A DNA stretch of 64,000 bases from Alphaproteobacteria bacterium (GCA_964291285.2 OZ219785.1:160001-224000), one strand, 5' to 3'; shown: positions 9,473 through 19,324, counted from the first letter of the stretch. Numbers and translations: made by a program. Notes: generated from the letters alone by a model not told the origin.

Positions 9473-10987
9473 ATGACTGACCGAACCGTGGACGAGTCCC
9501 TTGAACTCGAGGTGAACGATTTCGGGCCGATCGTTGAGGCGAAAGTAGACCTGCGCCCGCTGACGGTGTTCGTGGGCCCGAGCAATACGGGTAAATCTTA
9601 TCTGGCGATTCTCATATACGGACTGCATCGAGTGTTCGGCGGCGACTCATTTCTCGCGAGAAGAAAATTCCATAGAATATCCCGGTTTTTATTGGGACAA
9701 GGTGGTCGGGAATTGTCGGAAAGGAATGTTGAAGCTCTGCTTGATCTGGCAAATTTTTTCTCTGAATATCAAAAATCTAAGAACGACGAAAGTATTGCAT
9801 TGTCTCCATTAGCCGGCGAAGCTCTTCGCTCTGTATTCGGTGAGCTGGCAGACGAATTTTCCGATGAAATCGGTCGATGTTTCGGAGTCGGAGAAGCTTA
9901 TTCACTGATCCGACGAGGCCCAAAAAGGGAATCGCGCATTGTAATGAGGAGAAGCATATTCGGTCAATCTGATCTTGCAGAACATACAATTTCCCTCGCC
10001 CGGAATTCTGAATTCAAAGCTATGGTTCCTGATAAAATTCCAATCCCGATTGATTTCGAGAATCGGGGAAATATGAGCCGATTTTTGCGTGCGTTAACAT
10101 ATCATCTTGAAAAAGAAACAACTCGTGAATCTCGTCGCGAACTTGCGGCTTTGGAGATTTTGCCATTAGTCAGCAACCTAGTACTTTCATCGTTGATCGG
10201 TCCCTTGCGCTTGCCAGCATTTTATCTGCCCGCCGACCGGACCGGCATCATGCACGCCCACAGCGTGGTGGTTAGCGCTCTGATTGCAAGTGCGCCTGCT
10301 GCGGGGTTGCGGCCTGCCACCGGCACACCGATGCTGTCCGGGGTGCTGGCGGATTTCCTTGGACAGTTGATCGAAACTGCCCAATCTGCGCGTCTCCATC
10401 AAAAACAGAAACAGGATCTTGGCAAGGGTATCGAGAACGCCATTCTGGACGGTTCGGTTCGCATCGACCGCTTGGCTCCTGTCGATTATCCACGCTTTGC
10501 CTACCGGCCGCGCGGCTGGAAGGCCGACCTGCCATTAGCCAACGCATCATCCATGGTTTCGGAACTTGCGCCCGTGGTATTGTATCTTCGCCATGTGATC
10601 GAGCCGGGCAATATCCTGATCATTGAGGAACCGGAATCGCACCTGCACCCGGCGATGCAGGTCGTGTTCACCCGCCAACTTGCTGCGCTCATTGAGGTGG
10701 GAGTCCGGGTGATCGTCACCACCCACAGCGAATGGCTGCTGGAAGAGCTGGCGAATATTGTGCGGCGGTCGAAGCTCTCCAAGGCAGACCGCGGCGATAA
10801 CATCGCACTGCGTCCCGACCAAGTGGGTGTATGGCTGTTCAAGCCGAAGACAAGGCCCAAGGGTTCGGTGGTCAAGGAGATACGCTTGGAAGACTCCGGC
10901 CTGTATCCCTCCGGCTTCGATGATGTTGCAAGCGCCCTGCACAATGATTGGGCCGACACGGAAAGTCGCATTGAGGCCGGCTCGTGA
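9473..10987 (+). CDS. AAA_15/AAA_21-type ABC ATPase (defence-associated)
   Basis: GPSNTGKS Walker A, ASSMVSEL signature, IIEEPESHLHP, TTHS. Confidence 0.88.
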   Translation: MTDRTVDESLELEVNDFGPIVEAKVDLRPLTVFVGPSNTGKSYLAILIYGLHRVFGGDSFLARRKFHRISRFLLGQGGRELSERNVEALLDLANFFSEYQKSKNDESIALSPLAGEALRSVFGELADEFSDEIGRCFGVGEAYSLIRRGPKRESRIVMRRSIFGQSDLAEHTISLARNSEFKAMVPDKIPIPIDFENRGNMSRFLRALTYHLEKETTRESRRELAALEILPLVSNLVLSSLIGPLRLPAFYLPADRTGIMHAHSVVVSALIASAPAAGLRPATGTPMLSGVLADFLGQLIETAQSARLHQKQKQDLGKGIENAILDGSVRIDRLAPVDYPRFAYRPRGWKADLPLANASSMVSELAPVVLYLRHVIEPGNILIIEEPESHLHPAMQVVFTRQLAALIEVGVRVIVTTHSEWLLEELANIVRRSKLSKADRGDNIALRPDQVGVWLFKPKTRPKGSVVKEIRLEDSGLYPSGFDDVASALHNDWADTESRIEAGS

Positions 10988-11445
10988 CGGCGCTATTGGA
11001 CGACATCCGCAGGAAGATCGGGGAAAGTTGTTTTGTAAAGAAGTTGAGCAAGGACGGATGCCGGGTTGTGATGTCTGACGCGCCCACTCCCAGACTGGTC
11101 GTCGATTTCGATAAACCTGAATCGCCGCTAGCGGCGGATGAAATGCGCTGCGATTACCTATTGGTTGCCGAAGGTAAAGATACGCAGGGGTGGGTTATGG
11201 TTCTTGAGTTGAAGCGGGGACAGTTGCACGCGGATCAGGTCGCCAGCCAATTGCAGGCAGGTGCGTCTGCTGCCGAGAAGCTCATGTCTTCAGGCCATGC
11301 AATCCGGTTTCGCCCGATCGCCGTCTCTGGCAGAACGTCCATACATGAACGAAAACAGCTGAGAAAAAAAATCAGGTTCCACAAACACAGGGAACCCATC
11401 GTAAGGATGTCGTGTGGAGCCAAGCTGACAACAGCACTTCGCTAA
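10984..11445 (+). CDS. Hypothetical nuclease-like partner of the ATPase
   Basis: GTGA overlap with the ATPase; RCDYLLV...VLELK resembles a D...ExK motif. Confidence 0.65.
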   Translation: MTALLDDIRRKIGESCFVKKLSKDGCRVVMSDAPTPRLVVDFDKPESPLAADEMRCDYLLVAEGKDTQGWVMVLELKRGQLHADQVASQLQAGASAAEKLMSSGHAIRFRPIAVSGRTSIHERKQLRKKIRFHKHREPIVRMSCGAKLTTALR

Positions 11446-11582
11446 TGAAGCATATAGGAGACTATCGATGTCGCTCTACCGCTTGCAGCATCAATACGGT
11501 GTCAGCGGCCGCTCGCCTCTTACCTGTTATCTCCCGAAAACCATCTTCGATCCGACATTTCGTGGTCGGACGGGAAGTTGCC

Positions 11583-11816
11583 ATGCGGCTTCAGACGATC
11601 CGCGAATCCTTCGGCAACGCGGAAGAGATTGATGAATCGCCCGACCGAGCACCTTCGAAGCGCATCGAGGGTCTGTACCCCGGATACCCAAAACCGCTCC
11701 TGGGGACTCTGGGCGCTCTCGAAATCGGTCTGCCGGGAATTCGTGCGGCGTGTCCGCATTTCTCCAGCTGGGTAAGCCGTCTGGAGGATCTGCCGGCGAC
11801 CCTTGGAGCGGAGTAA
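11583..11816 (+). pseudogene. C-terminal remnant of a DUF4276-like protein
   Basis: EEIDESPDRAPSKRI...Y-x-K...EIGL-x-x-IR-x-x-CPHF-x-x-W is the typical C-terminus; the N-terminal half is missing. Confidence 0.65.
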
Positions 11817-11827
11817 TTTCGATCCCG

Positions 11828-13915
11828 ATGGAATTCCGCATCGCCGATACCTTCACAGCGAGCCTCGCCAAGTTGACCGGGGACGAGCAGAAGGCCGCGA
11901 AGACCACGGCCTTCGACCTGCAGGTGGACCCGTCGGCGCCGGGCCTCTCGTTTCACCGGATCGACCGCGCCAGGGACCGAAACTTCTGGTCGGTCCGGGT
12001 CAGCCGGGACATCCGGCTGATCGTGCATCGCACCGCATCGAGCGTCATGCTCGTCCATGTCGGCCGTCACGATGCCGCGTATCGCTGGGCGGAGCGGCGG
12101 CGGATCGAGCGGCATCCCAGGACCGGCGCGGCCCAGATCGTCGAGATTCGCGAGACCGTGCGCGAGATCGAGCTTGCGCGCTCCGTCGTCGCCGAAGCGC
12201 CGGACGGCGCGCGGTCCGCGACCAGGCCCGCGCTCTTCGCCGACATGGCCGACGATCAACTGTTGGGATACGGCGTACCCGAAGCCTGGCTGGACGACGT
12301 GCGCAGCGCGGACGAGGACACTCTGCTCGACCTCGCCGATCACCTGCCGGCGGAGGCGGCCGAAGCGCTGCTGGAGATTGCCACCGGCGGCACGCCGGAA
12401 CGGCCGGTACATGCGGCCGCCGACACCGACCCTTTCGCCCACCCGGATGCGCAGCGCCGTTTCCGGCTGGTGGAGAATATCGCCGAACTGGAGCGCGCTC
12501 TCGAATATCCGTGGGAGAAGTGGACAGTCTTTCTGCATCCGGCGCAACGCCGCATCGTCGAAAACGAATACGGCGGCCCGGCCCGCGTCTCCGGTTCGGC
12601 CGGCACCGGGAAAACCATCGTCGCCCTTCACCGCGCCGTTCATCTGGCCGGGGCCTACCCGGATGCCCGCATTCTTCTCGCCACCTTTTCCGAGACGCTC
12701 GCGGACGCGCTTCGCGTGAGGCTGCGGTGCCTGGTGCACAACCGGCCGAGTATCGCGGAGCGCTTGGAAGTGCAGTCGATGGGCGGCATCGGCCGGCACC
12801 TCCACGAAGCCAATTTCGGCCCGCCTCGCCTCGCTGACGACGAAGAGATACGCCTCCTCGTCGCCCAGGCCGCCGCGGGAAAGGAGCACGGATTAAGCCC
12901 GCATTTCCTGTGGACCGAGTGGAGCCGGGTGGTGGATGCATGGCAACTGGAAAGCTGGGAAGACTATCGGGACGTGATGCGGCTCGGCCGCAAGACCCGT
13001 CTCGCGGAGGCCCGGCGCAAGGCGCTCTGGCCGATTTTCTCGGCGGTGCGTCAGAGCCTCGACGAGCGCGGGCTGCTCACCGAACCCCGCATGTTCCGGC
13101 GCCTGGAACGGCACTTCGCCGGGGCAGCGCATTCGCCGTTCGAGTTCTGCGTGATCGACGAGGCCCAGGACATCGACGTTGCGGCGCTGCGTTTCCTCTC
13201 CGCCATCGGCGGCGGTCGACGCAACAGCCTCTTCTTCGCCGGCGATCTCGGCCAGCGCATTTTCCGTACCCCCTTCTCCTGGCGAGCGCTGGGAGTGGAC
13301 GTGCGCGGACGTTCCCACACGCTCCGTGTCAATTACCGGACATCCCATCAGATTCGCCGGCAGGCCGATCTCCTGCTGCCGTCCGAGATCGCCGACGTGG
13401 ACGGGATCACGGAAGAGCGGGCCAGCACGGTCTCCGCGTTCAACGGGCCGGAACCGCGCATCAGGGTTTTCGGATCGCCGGACGAAGAAGCTGCGGCCGT
13501 CGCCGACTGGCTTGCCGCGCGACGGCAGGACGGCTGCGTATCTCGCGAAATGGCCGTGTTCGTCAGATCCGGGGCGGAGGTGCCGCGGGCACGGGAAGCC
13601 GTCCGGCTCGCGGGCTTGCCGACCGTGGAATTGAGCTGGCGCTCGGACGGCACACCCGACGGGGTCACGGTGGGAACGATGCACCTCGCCAAGGGCCTGG
13701 AGTTCCGCACGGTAGCCGTCGTCGCTTGTGACGATGACATTCTGCCTCTCCAGTCGCGCATCGAGAGCGTCGCCGACCCGGCCGATCTGGAGGACGCCTA
13801 CGGCACGGAACGGCACCTGCTCTATGTCGCCTGCACTCGCGCCCGCGACCACCTCTTGGTGACAGGCGTCAGCCCGGCGTCCGAGTTCCTCGACGATCTG
13901 CGGTGCAACACATGA
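11828..13915 (+). CDS. SF1 UvrD-like helicase with N-terminal RelE/ParE-like domain
   Basis: GSAGTGKT, VIDEAQD, AGDLGQRIF, NYRT, HLAKGLEF, LYVACTRAR; N-terminal FWSVRVSRDIRLIV; start at ATG 11828. Confidence 0.88.
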   Translation: MEFRIADTFTASLAKLTGDEQKAAKTTAFDLQVDPSAPGLSFHRIDRARDRNFWSVRVSRDIRLIVHRTASSVMLVHVGRHDAAYRWAERRRIERHPRTGAAQIVEIRETVREIELARSVVAEAPDGARSATRPALFADMADDQLLGYGVPEAWLDDVRSADEDTLLDLADHLPAEAAEALLEIATGGTPERPVHAAADTDPFAHPDAQRRFRLVENIAELERALEYPWEKWTVFLHPAQRRIVENEYGGPARVSGSAGTGKTIVALHRAVHLAGAYPDARILLATFSETLADALRVRLRCLVHNRPSIAERLEVQSMGGIGRHLHEANFGPPRLADDEEIRLLVAQAAAGKEHGLSPHFLWTEWSRVVDAWQLESWEDYRDVMRLGRKTRLAEARRKALWPIFSAVRQSLDERGLLTEPRMFRRLERHFAGAAHSPFEFCVIDEAQDIDVAALRFLSAIGGGRRNSLFFAGDLGQRIFRTPFSWRALGVDVRGRSHTLRVNYRTSHQIRRQADLLLPSEIADVDGITEERASTVSAFNGPEPRIRVFGSPDEEAAAVADWLAARRQDGCVSREMAVFVRSGAEVPRAREAVRLAGLPTVELSWRSDGTPDGVTVGTMHLAKGLEFRTVAVVACDDDILPLQSRIESVADPADLEDAYGTERHLLYVACTRARDHLLVTGVSPASEFLDDLRCNT

Positions 13916-14089
13916 CGCCGCCTCTCGGAGCGGCAGCAGAGGCGGTGCGCGGTCCTCACGGCTCGCTTGCCGCGACGATCCGGCTGTCGTGCTGATATAG
14001 TGTTGATACGTTTCTGGAAATATCCTGTGTTCTCACTGTAATGGATTGTAATTGCTGTATTAATTCAGACCATTATCCGTCATGCCATT

Positions 14090-14205
14090 CAAATCAAACG
14101 CTTCAAACGCATCGCCCTGCGCTGCGAAAAGACCGCCACAAACTTCAGCTCCTTCGTCGCACTCGCCGCTGCCTTCATCTTGATCAAATCCGTCCACAGG
14201 ACCTA
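14090..14205 (+). mobile_element. IS5-family (IS427-like) 3' end remnant
   Basis: Encodes IKRFKRIALRCEKTATNFSSFVALAAAFILIKSVHRT*; ends GTCCACAGGACC|TA. Confidence 0.8.
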
Positions 14206-14347
14206 GTGCGGTATCGAACTTGCCGTTCATCACCATCACCCGCGCATGCACGACGGTGGGATCGGACGAGAGAGGCGATTGGGCATCCGCGGTTGCCGGC
14301 AACAGCACGGCCAGCATGAGGAGAAGCGCGCGGAGGAGAGTCTTCAT
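14204..14347 (-). pseudogene. Truncated secreted TPR protein, probably a Slam remnant cut by IS5
   Basis: Signal peptide MKTLLRALLLMLAVLLPATADA, then DPTVVHARVMVMNGKFDTAL, ending at the IS end; position mirrors the intact Slam of the opposite arm. Confidence 0.5.
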
Positions 14348-14382
14348 GAGGCCTGGCCAGCCGTTGGGAAAGCAGCAAATGG

Positions 14383-14415
14383 AAAAAAGAAGGGCAGCCG
14401 TGCTACGGCTGCCCT
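14383..14415 (-). terminator. Rho-independent terminator after the lipoprotein gene
   Basis: AGGGCAGCCGT-GCT-ACGGCTGCCCT hairpin followed by a T-tract on the minus strand. Confidence 0.75.
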
Positions 14416-14480
14416 CGCTGCCCGCCATGGCCCTGCCGAACATGGTTCGGCAGGGCCGGGGAGGCAGAGCCGTCGAACGA

Positions 14481-16397
14481 CTATTCGGCCGCTTCCTTGT
14501 GGGTGACGAACGCGCCGCCCATGGTCAGCGAGTAGTTGTCCTCATTGTCGCGCTCGGTGGTCAGACCGAACGTGCCGGCAGCGGAGCCTGGCTGTACGGA
14601 CCCGTCGGCGTCCGTGGCAGGACCGTAGAACTGACCGTTCCAGTAGCCCGTCAGGCCGTGACCGTTGGCGTGACCGCTGGCGCCGGCATTGAACCGAAGG
14701 GTCGAACCGTCAATCACCTGCGGTGGGTCATCGTCATTCATCCCCATAGCAAGCGCTGCCGACTCGAAGTTGACGGACCAGTCTTCAGCCTGCCCGTTGG
14801 CGACGAAGTTGCTCAGATCGCCCTGGATCGAACCCGCCGCATCAGCGGCGCCGAAGTCCGCCGTCAACGCTGCGTCTGCGGTGAAGCGGCCGGTCTCCTT
14901 GTGCTCGCCATGCGCTTCGGCATAGCGGCCGAAGGCCTCGCCCGCATAGCTCGCCGTGCCTGTCAGCCCGTTAGCGGCAGTCGCATCGGCCGGCTGGTAG
15001 GGCATGTTGCCGAACACGAACGCACCGATCGCATAGTCGCCTTCCGGATCGTCGGGAGTGGTGAGCCACACGCCCGCGGTGATCCAGTCTGTGTCGGGCG
15101 TATAGACATCCGGCTTGAACACGAGCGTGTCCGAATCCTCCGACGGCGACAACTCGCCGGCTGTATGCTGGTTGACCCGGCAAATGTCGCCTTCGTTGTC
15201 GGTTGTGCCATTCTCGCAGGTGAAGGTGCCTCGGACGCCCATATAGGAGCCCTTGACTCCAGCTGAGGGGATGTCGACTTCCATGCCGTGGCCGACCGTG
15301 ATGCCGTCGAAGGACACCATGTCGGCATCGACCGGAACCTTGGCGGGGGTGCGATCATCAGACGGCCCCCTCGCGATAGCCATCCCGGTGACCGTCCCCG
15401 TATTGTTGGGGTCGAAGTCGGAACGCAGGTCGAGATGGAGGGTCCGACCGCCGGCCAGGGTCTGCTGCAGCTGGAAGTAGCTGAGCCAGATATCGTCCTC
15501 GTCGGCATCCATGTTCTGGGTCGCGCCCATCAGCGCCGGGTCCGTCATCCACTCGGCGGCAGGGTTGAGATCCCAGTCGGCCGTAGCGACGAAGTTCGCG
15601 GTACGGGTAGTGATGACATTACCCTCGTCATCGACCAGAACCGGGTTCATGATCTCCCAAGGATCCCTGAGCTGGTCGAAACCGCCCGGCGGGTTGTCCT
15701 CATCGCCGTTCTCGTCGTTGCTCGTATCGAGGTCCACCACCTGGACTTCCTTGCTGGCATGGTCCTCGCTGGCGCGCACCTCCGAAGGATCGACGCTCAC
15801 GAAGATGTCGCTGACGCCGGTGAGAGGATCGGCATCACCCTGGCTCCCCGGCTCCTCATGCGTCGTGAGGGACGAGGTGACGCCGCCGCCATTGTCCTCG
15901 GCTTCCACCGGCGGTGTAGCAGTAGAATCTGCAGCTACATCGGCCTCATCGTGATAGAGGTTCGACATCAGGTCGCCCCTCTGGGCGGCAGCGAGCAAAG
16001 CGCCCGAGAGGTTCGCGAACGACTGGTAGCCGGTCGCATCGAGCGCGGCGACCGTAGGTTCGGCGCCGGACCACTCGGCGCTGACAGCGCCCTCCTCGTC
16101 GACCGAAACGGTCACCGTGCAGCCGCTGTCGCCTGCCGGGCAGGAGAAGCGGACGCCGGCGACCTTGTAGGTCATGCCTGCCTCAATCTCATGCATACCG
16201 GCTTCCGTGATGCCGTGCCCGCTGGGCAACGTCACCATATTGGCCGTTTCTTGCGTCGCAGGCGGCGGGTCGTCGTTTCCGCCGCCAGGGGAGCCGGAGA
16301 GGCTGGTCTGGCTGCTGCCGCCGCCTCCCCCGCACCCTGCAAGAGCCAGAGCCGAAGCGGCGATTGCCGCGAAGGCCCAATGTTTCATGGTTCTCAT
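14481..16397 (-). CDS. Acidic surface lipoprotein with TbpB-like C-terminal barrel (Slam/T11SS cargo-like)
   Basis: Lipobox LAGC plus poly-Gly; GTASYAGEAFGRY, FTADAALTADFG, WNGQFYG, terminal GAF. Confidence 0.8.
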   Translation of the reverse strand: MRTMKHWAFAAIAASALALAGCGGGGGSSQTSLSGSPGGGNDDPPPATQETANMVTLPSGHGITEAGMHEIEAGMTYKVAGVRFSCPAGDSGCTVTVSVDEEGAVSAEWSGAEPTVAALDATGYQSFANLSGALLAAAQRGDLMSNLYHDEADVAADSTATPPVEAEDNGGGVTSSLTTHEEPGSQGDADPLTGVSDIFVSVDPSEVRASEDHASKEVQVVDLDTSNDENGDEDNPPGGFDQLRDPWEIMNPVLVDDEGNVITTRTANFVATADWDLNPAAEWMTDPALMGATQNMDADEDDIWLSYFQLQQTLAGGRTLHLDLRSDFDPNNTGTVTGMAIARGPSDDRTPAKVPVDADMVSFDGITVGHGMEVDIPSAGVKGSYMGVRGTFTCENGTTDNEGDICRVNQHTAGELSPSEDSDTLVFKPDVYTPDTDWITAGVWLTTPDDPEGDYAIGAFVFGNMPYQPADATAANGLTGTASYAGEAFGRYAEAHGEHKETGRFTADAALTADFGAADAAGSIQGDLSNFVANGQAEDWSVNFESAALAMGMNDDDPPQVIDGSTLRFNAGASGHANGHGLTGYWNGQFYGPATDADGSVQPGSAAGTFGLTTERDNEDNYSLTMGGAFVTHKEAAE

Positions 16398-16492
16398 GGA
16401 ACCTTTCTCCTTTCGACCCGGACCGGCTGCGCCGGCCGGGTAAACCGTTTGGACTGTTCCTCCGTTTCGTGGATGTCCGCGCCGATCAGAAG
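16375..16492. repeat. Inverted-repeat copy 1 (porin-lipoprotein junction); partner at 19207-19324
   Basis: Core 16375-16453 matches the reverse complement of 19246-19324 at 75/79 nt. Confidence 0.92.
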
Positions 16493-17856
16493 TTGAGCGT
16501 GATGCCGGTCACGAAGGCGGTGCCCGAGACCCCGTCCTGCTCGCCGGTCATAAGCGTGGACCGCGATGCGACGCCCGGCGCCAGCGTGTAGCTCATGGAG
16601 AGCATGGTCGCGCTGACACTGGAGCCGTCATCGGCGTCGGCCATCATGTGGGCGAGGCTCACCGACATCGGGCCTTCCGAATACATCACGCCGGCGCTCG
16701 CCACCTCGTAGTCGGCGGCGGTGTTCTTCACCAGGACCGTCCGCGCGGTGTCGTTCGACGGGTCGTTGTTGTCGGCGGTCTCCCCGACAGCAGCGGTGTC
16801 AGCGTCGCCGTCATGATCCCAGGTATGGCCGTCCTCGACATTCATGATCGGGCTCTTTGCGACCATGTATTTGCCGCCGTCATGCTGGAGGTAGGCGGCA
16901 CTGAAACCGAACGATCCCATGCCGACCCGGATGCCGAAGTTGGTGAAGACATGGTCGTCGGCCTTCGAGGCCATGGTGTCGAGGGCACCCTTGTTCGAGG
17001 CCGCCGCCGCCGCTGCGTCGTTCGCCAGCACGGCGAGATCGCCGTCGGTGCCGCCGGCAACCGCCTTGTCGTAGGCTTCGATCGCCGCAACGTTTTCCAT
17101 GTAGGTGCCGACGGTGATGGCGTCATCGTTCGTGCCCGACTTGAGCATCTCCGACGCGCCGACCTGGCTGCGCTGGTAGTGGCCGATGGAGAGCGCAACG
17201 CTGGCGTCACCCATGTCGCCCTGGTAGTTCAGGCCGAGCGCCACCGCGTCATTGTCGTTGTTCACCGGCTTGCCGGCGCCGCTGTCCTCGACCGACTCCG
17301 GGCTGTAGGACAGGCCGAGCTGCACACCGCTCATGCGCGGCGTGTAGTAGGCGATCTTCTGGCTGTCGCCGGCGATGATCCACCCGGCGGTGCCGAGGCC
17401 CTTGCCGCCGCTTCTGGCGCAGGTGGTCAGGCCGTTGATGAACGAGGGATCGCCGCAGGCGAGGCCGACGCCGACATCCTGCACCGAATAGTGCATGAGC
17501 GCCGCCGGGTCGTCCTCGGACCCGAGCACGATCTGGCCGAACGAACCGCTGATCGTCGCCTGCGACTCGTCGATCACGTCAGCATGGGTGTTGCCCTCGA
17601 GCTCGAACTTGACCGAGAACCTCAGGCCGTTGTCCGCCTCCAGCGCGCCCCTGACGTAGAATTCGCTGTCCGAATACTGGCTGACGCCGCCGCTGCCGGC
17701 AGCATTGTTGTCCAGGTCGGACACGCCGATCCATTGCTGCATGTGGCCGCCCAGGCCCACGCTGAGCATGTCCGCAGCCGAAGCCGGCCCTGCGGCCATG
17801 ACTCCGGCGCATGCAAGCGCGCCGGCAGCCGCGGTCGTCGTGAGGAAATTTCTCAT
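16486..17856 (-). CDS. Alphaproteobacterial porin with long loop insertions
   Basis: Signal peptide; DSEF...G-x-L-x-ADNGL-x-F, IDES...SGSFG-x-I-x-LG-x-ED, KI-x-YYTPR; terminal Phe. Confidence 0.88.
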   Translation of the reverse strand: MRNFLTTTAAAGALACAGVMAAGPASAADMLSVGLGGHMQQWIGVSDLDNNAAGSGGVSQYSDSEFYVRGALEADNGLRFSVKFELEGNTHADVIDESQATISGSFGQIVLGSEDDPAALMHYSVQDVGVGLACGDPSFINGLTTCARSGGKGLGTAGWIIAGDSQKIAYYTPRMSGVQLGLSYSPESVEDSGAGKPVNNDNDAVALGLNYQGDMGDASVALSIGHYQRSQVGASEMLKSGTNDDAITVGTYMENVAAIEAYDKAVAGGTDGDLAVLANDAAAAAASNKGALDTMASKADDHVFTNFGIRVGMGSFGFSAAYLQHDGGKYMVAKSPIMNVEDGHTWDHDGDADTAAVGETADNNDPSNDTARTVLVKNTAADYEVASAGVMYSEGPMSVSLAHMMADADDGSSVSATMLSMSYTLAPGVASRSTLMTGEQDGVSGTAFVTGITLNF

Positions 17857-17990
17857 AATCCCCGTTCTGCGACATTGCGGGCCGGCCGGACTGTGGCGTA
17901 AGCGCCCGGAACAGCGGGCGAAGGCATGCCGGTATGACCTTCTGCAATGCGTCAGCGGGAACGGATCGGCATATCCGGTTTCATGGCCTG

Positions 17991-18010
17991 CTGTTGCATT
18001 CGTGCAACAG
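17991..18010. promoter_or_regulatory. Palindromic operator candidate between the divergent porins
   Basis: CTGTTGCA-TTCG-TGCAACAG; a second perfect palindrome TGTGTTGCAACACA at 18107-18120 shares the half-site. Confidence 0.55.
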
Positions 18011-18139
18011 CAGGCGGGTTTTTCCGCTGCTATGGAAACAGGGGTTGTGCGTCCGAGAACCTTGTCTATGCTCCCGAATCGGCTCCGCTATCGGGGCTAA
18101 TGAGACTGTGTTGCAACACACGGAAGGGAAACGGGGATT

Positions 18140-19213
18140 ATGAGAAAAGCCCTTATGACATCCGCCGCGCTTGCCTTCGCAGGCGCGATGGCTGCCGGCT
18201 CGGCTTCGGCGGCCGACAAACTCAATGTCGGCGTCGGCGGCTACATGCAGCAATGGTTCGGCATGTCCGATGTTGACGACCCGGCGAAGCCGGAGGTTGA
18301 GGGCGGCATCGCCCAGCAGTCCGACAGCGAAATCTTCATCAAGGGCAAGCTCGCGGCGGACAACGGCCTGACCTTCTCCGTCAAGGTCGAGATCGAAGGC
18401 AATTCCAACAAGATCGACGGGGCGAAGGACACGAAGCAAAGCACCGGCGTGATCGACGAATCGCAGGTCACGGTCAGCGGCGACTTCGGCTCGATCACGC
18501 TCGGCGCCGAGGACGGCGCGTCCACGCTCACCCATCACGGCAACCGGGACGTCGGCGTCTCCATGTATTGCGGCGATGTCGGGAAATGGATCAACGGCGT
18601 CGGCGGCTGCCCGTCGAAGAGCAAACAGGGCTTCGGCACCGGCGGCCACGCCATCGACGGGGACGACAACAAGATCAGCTATTTCTCGCCCCGCTTCAAC
18701 GGCGTGCAGTTCGGCGTTTCCTACACCCCGAACACCGGGCAGGAAGGCGGAGCGGAAGCGCTGAACAACAACGATGCGGACTCCTGGTCGATCGGCGGCA
18801 ACTATGTGGGCGATTTCGGCGGCGCCAGTGTCGCAATCTCCCTCGGCCACTACTCGGCGAGCACGGACACGGAGGACGACCACACCTTCTCGAATTTCGG
18901 CCTCCAGGTCGATCTGCCGAGCGGCATCGGCTTCGATCTCGCCGTTGCCGAGAATGACGATGGTGACGAGGCGAGCGACGCGGGTGACTACATGACCGCG
19001 AGCGCCGGCGTGAACTACACGGACGGCCCGATGGCGATAAGCCTCGGCCACTCGCTGACCGATGCCGACAGCGGCGTCGAGTCGGGTGTGACCATGCTCT
19101 CCCTGCAATACATGCTGGCGCCGGGCGTCACGTCGAGGACCTCCCTCTTCGCCGCCGAACAGGGCGATGTGGAAGGCACGGCCTTTGTGACCGGCTTCGT
19201 ACTCGGCTTCTGA
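18140..19213 (+). CDS. Alphaproteobacterial porin, paralogue of 16486-17856
   Basis: Same motifs (GG-x-MQQW, DSEI, ADNGL, IDESQ, YFSPR, GTAFVTG); terminal Phe. Confidence 0.9.
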   Translation: MRKALMTSAALAFAGAMAAGSASAADKLNVGVGGYMQQWFGMSDVDDPAKPEVEGGIAQQSDSEIFIKGKLAADNGLTFSVKVEIEGNSNKIDGAKDTKQSTGVIDESQVTVSGDFGSITLGAEDGASTLTHHGNRDVGVSMYCGDVGKWINGVGGCPSKSKQGFGTGGHAIDGDDNKISYFSPRFNGVQFGVSYTPNTGQEGGAEALNNNDADSWSIGGNYVGDFGGASVAISLGHYSASTDTEDDHTFSNFGLQVDLPSGIGFDLAVAENDDGDEASDAGDYMTASAGVNYTDGPMAISLGHSLTDADSGVESGVTMLSLQYMLAPGVTSRTSLFAAEQGDVEGTAFVTGFVLGF

Positions 19214-19324
19214 TCCGCGCGGCAATCCACACCACGGAGGAACGATCCAAACGGTTTGCCCGGCCGGCGCGGCCGGTCCGGGTTGAAAGGAGAAAGGTTC
19301 GATGAGAACCATGAAACATTGGGC
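19207..19324. repeat. Inverted-repeat copy 2 (porin-lipoprotein junction)
   Basis: See 16375-16492. Confidence 0.92.

Noticed and set aside
13992-14003. CTGATATAGTGT matches the reverse complement of the integrase-module end (46713-46724) at 11/12
   Set aside because: A single short imperfect match is plausible by chance in 64 kb; no other end features are nearby
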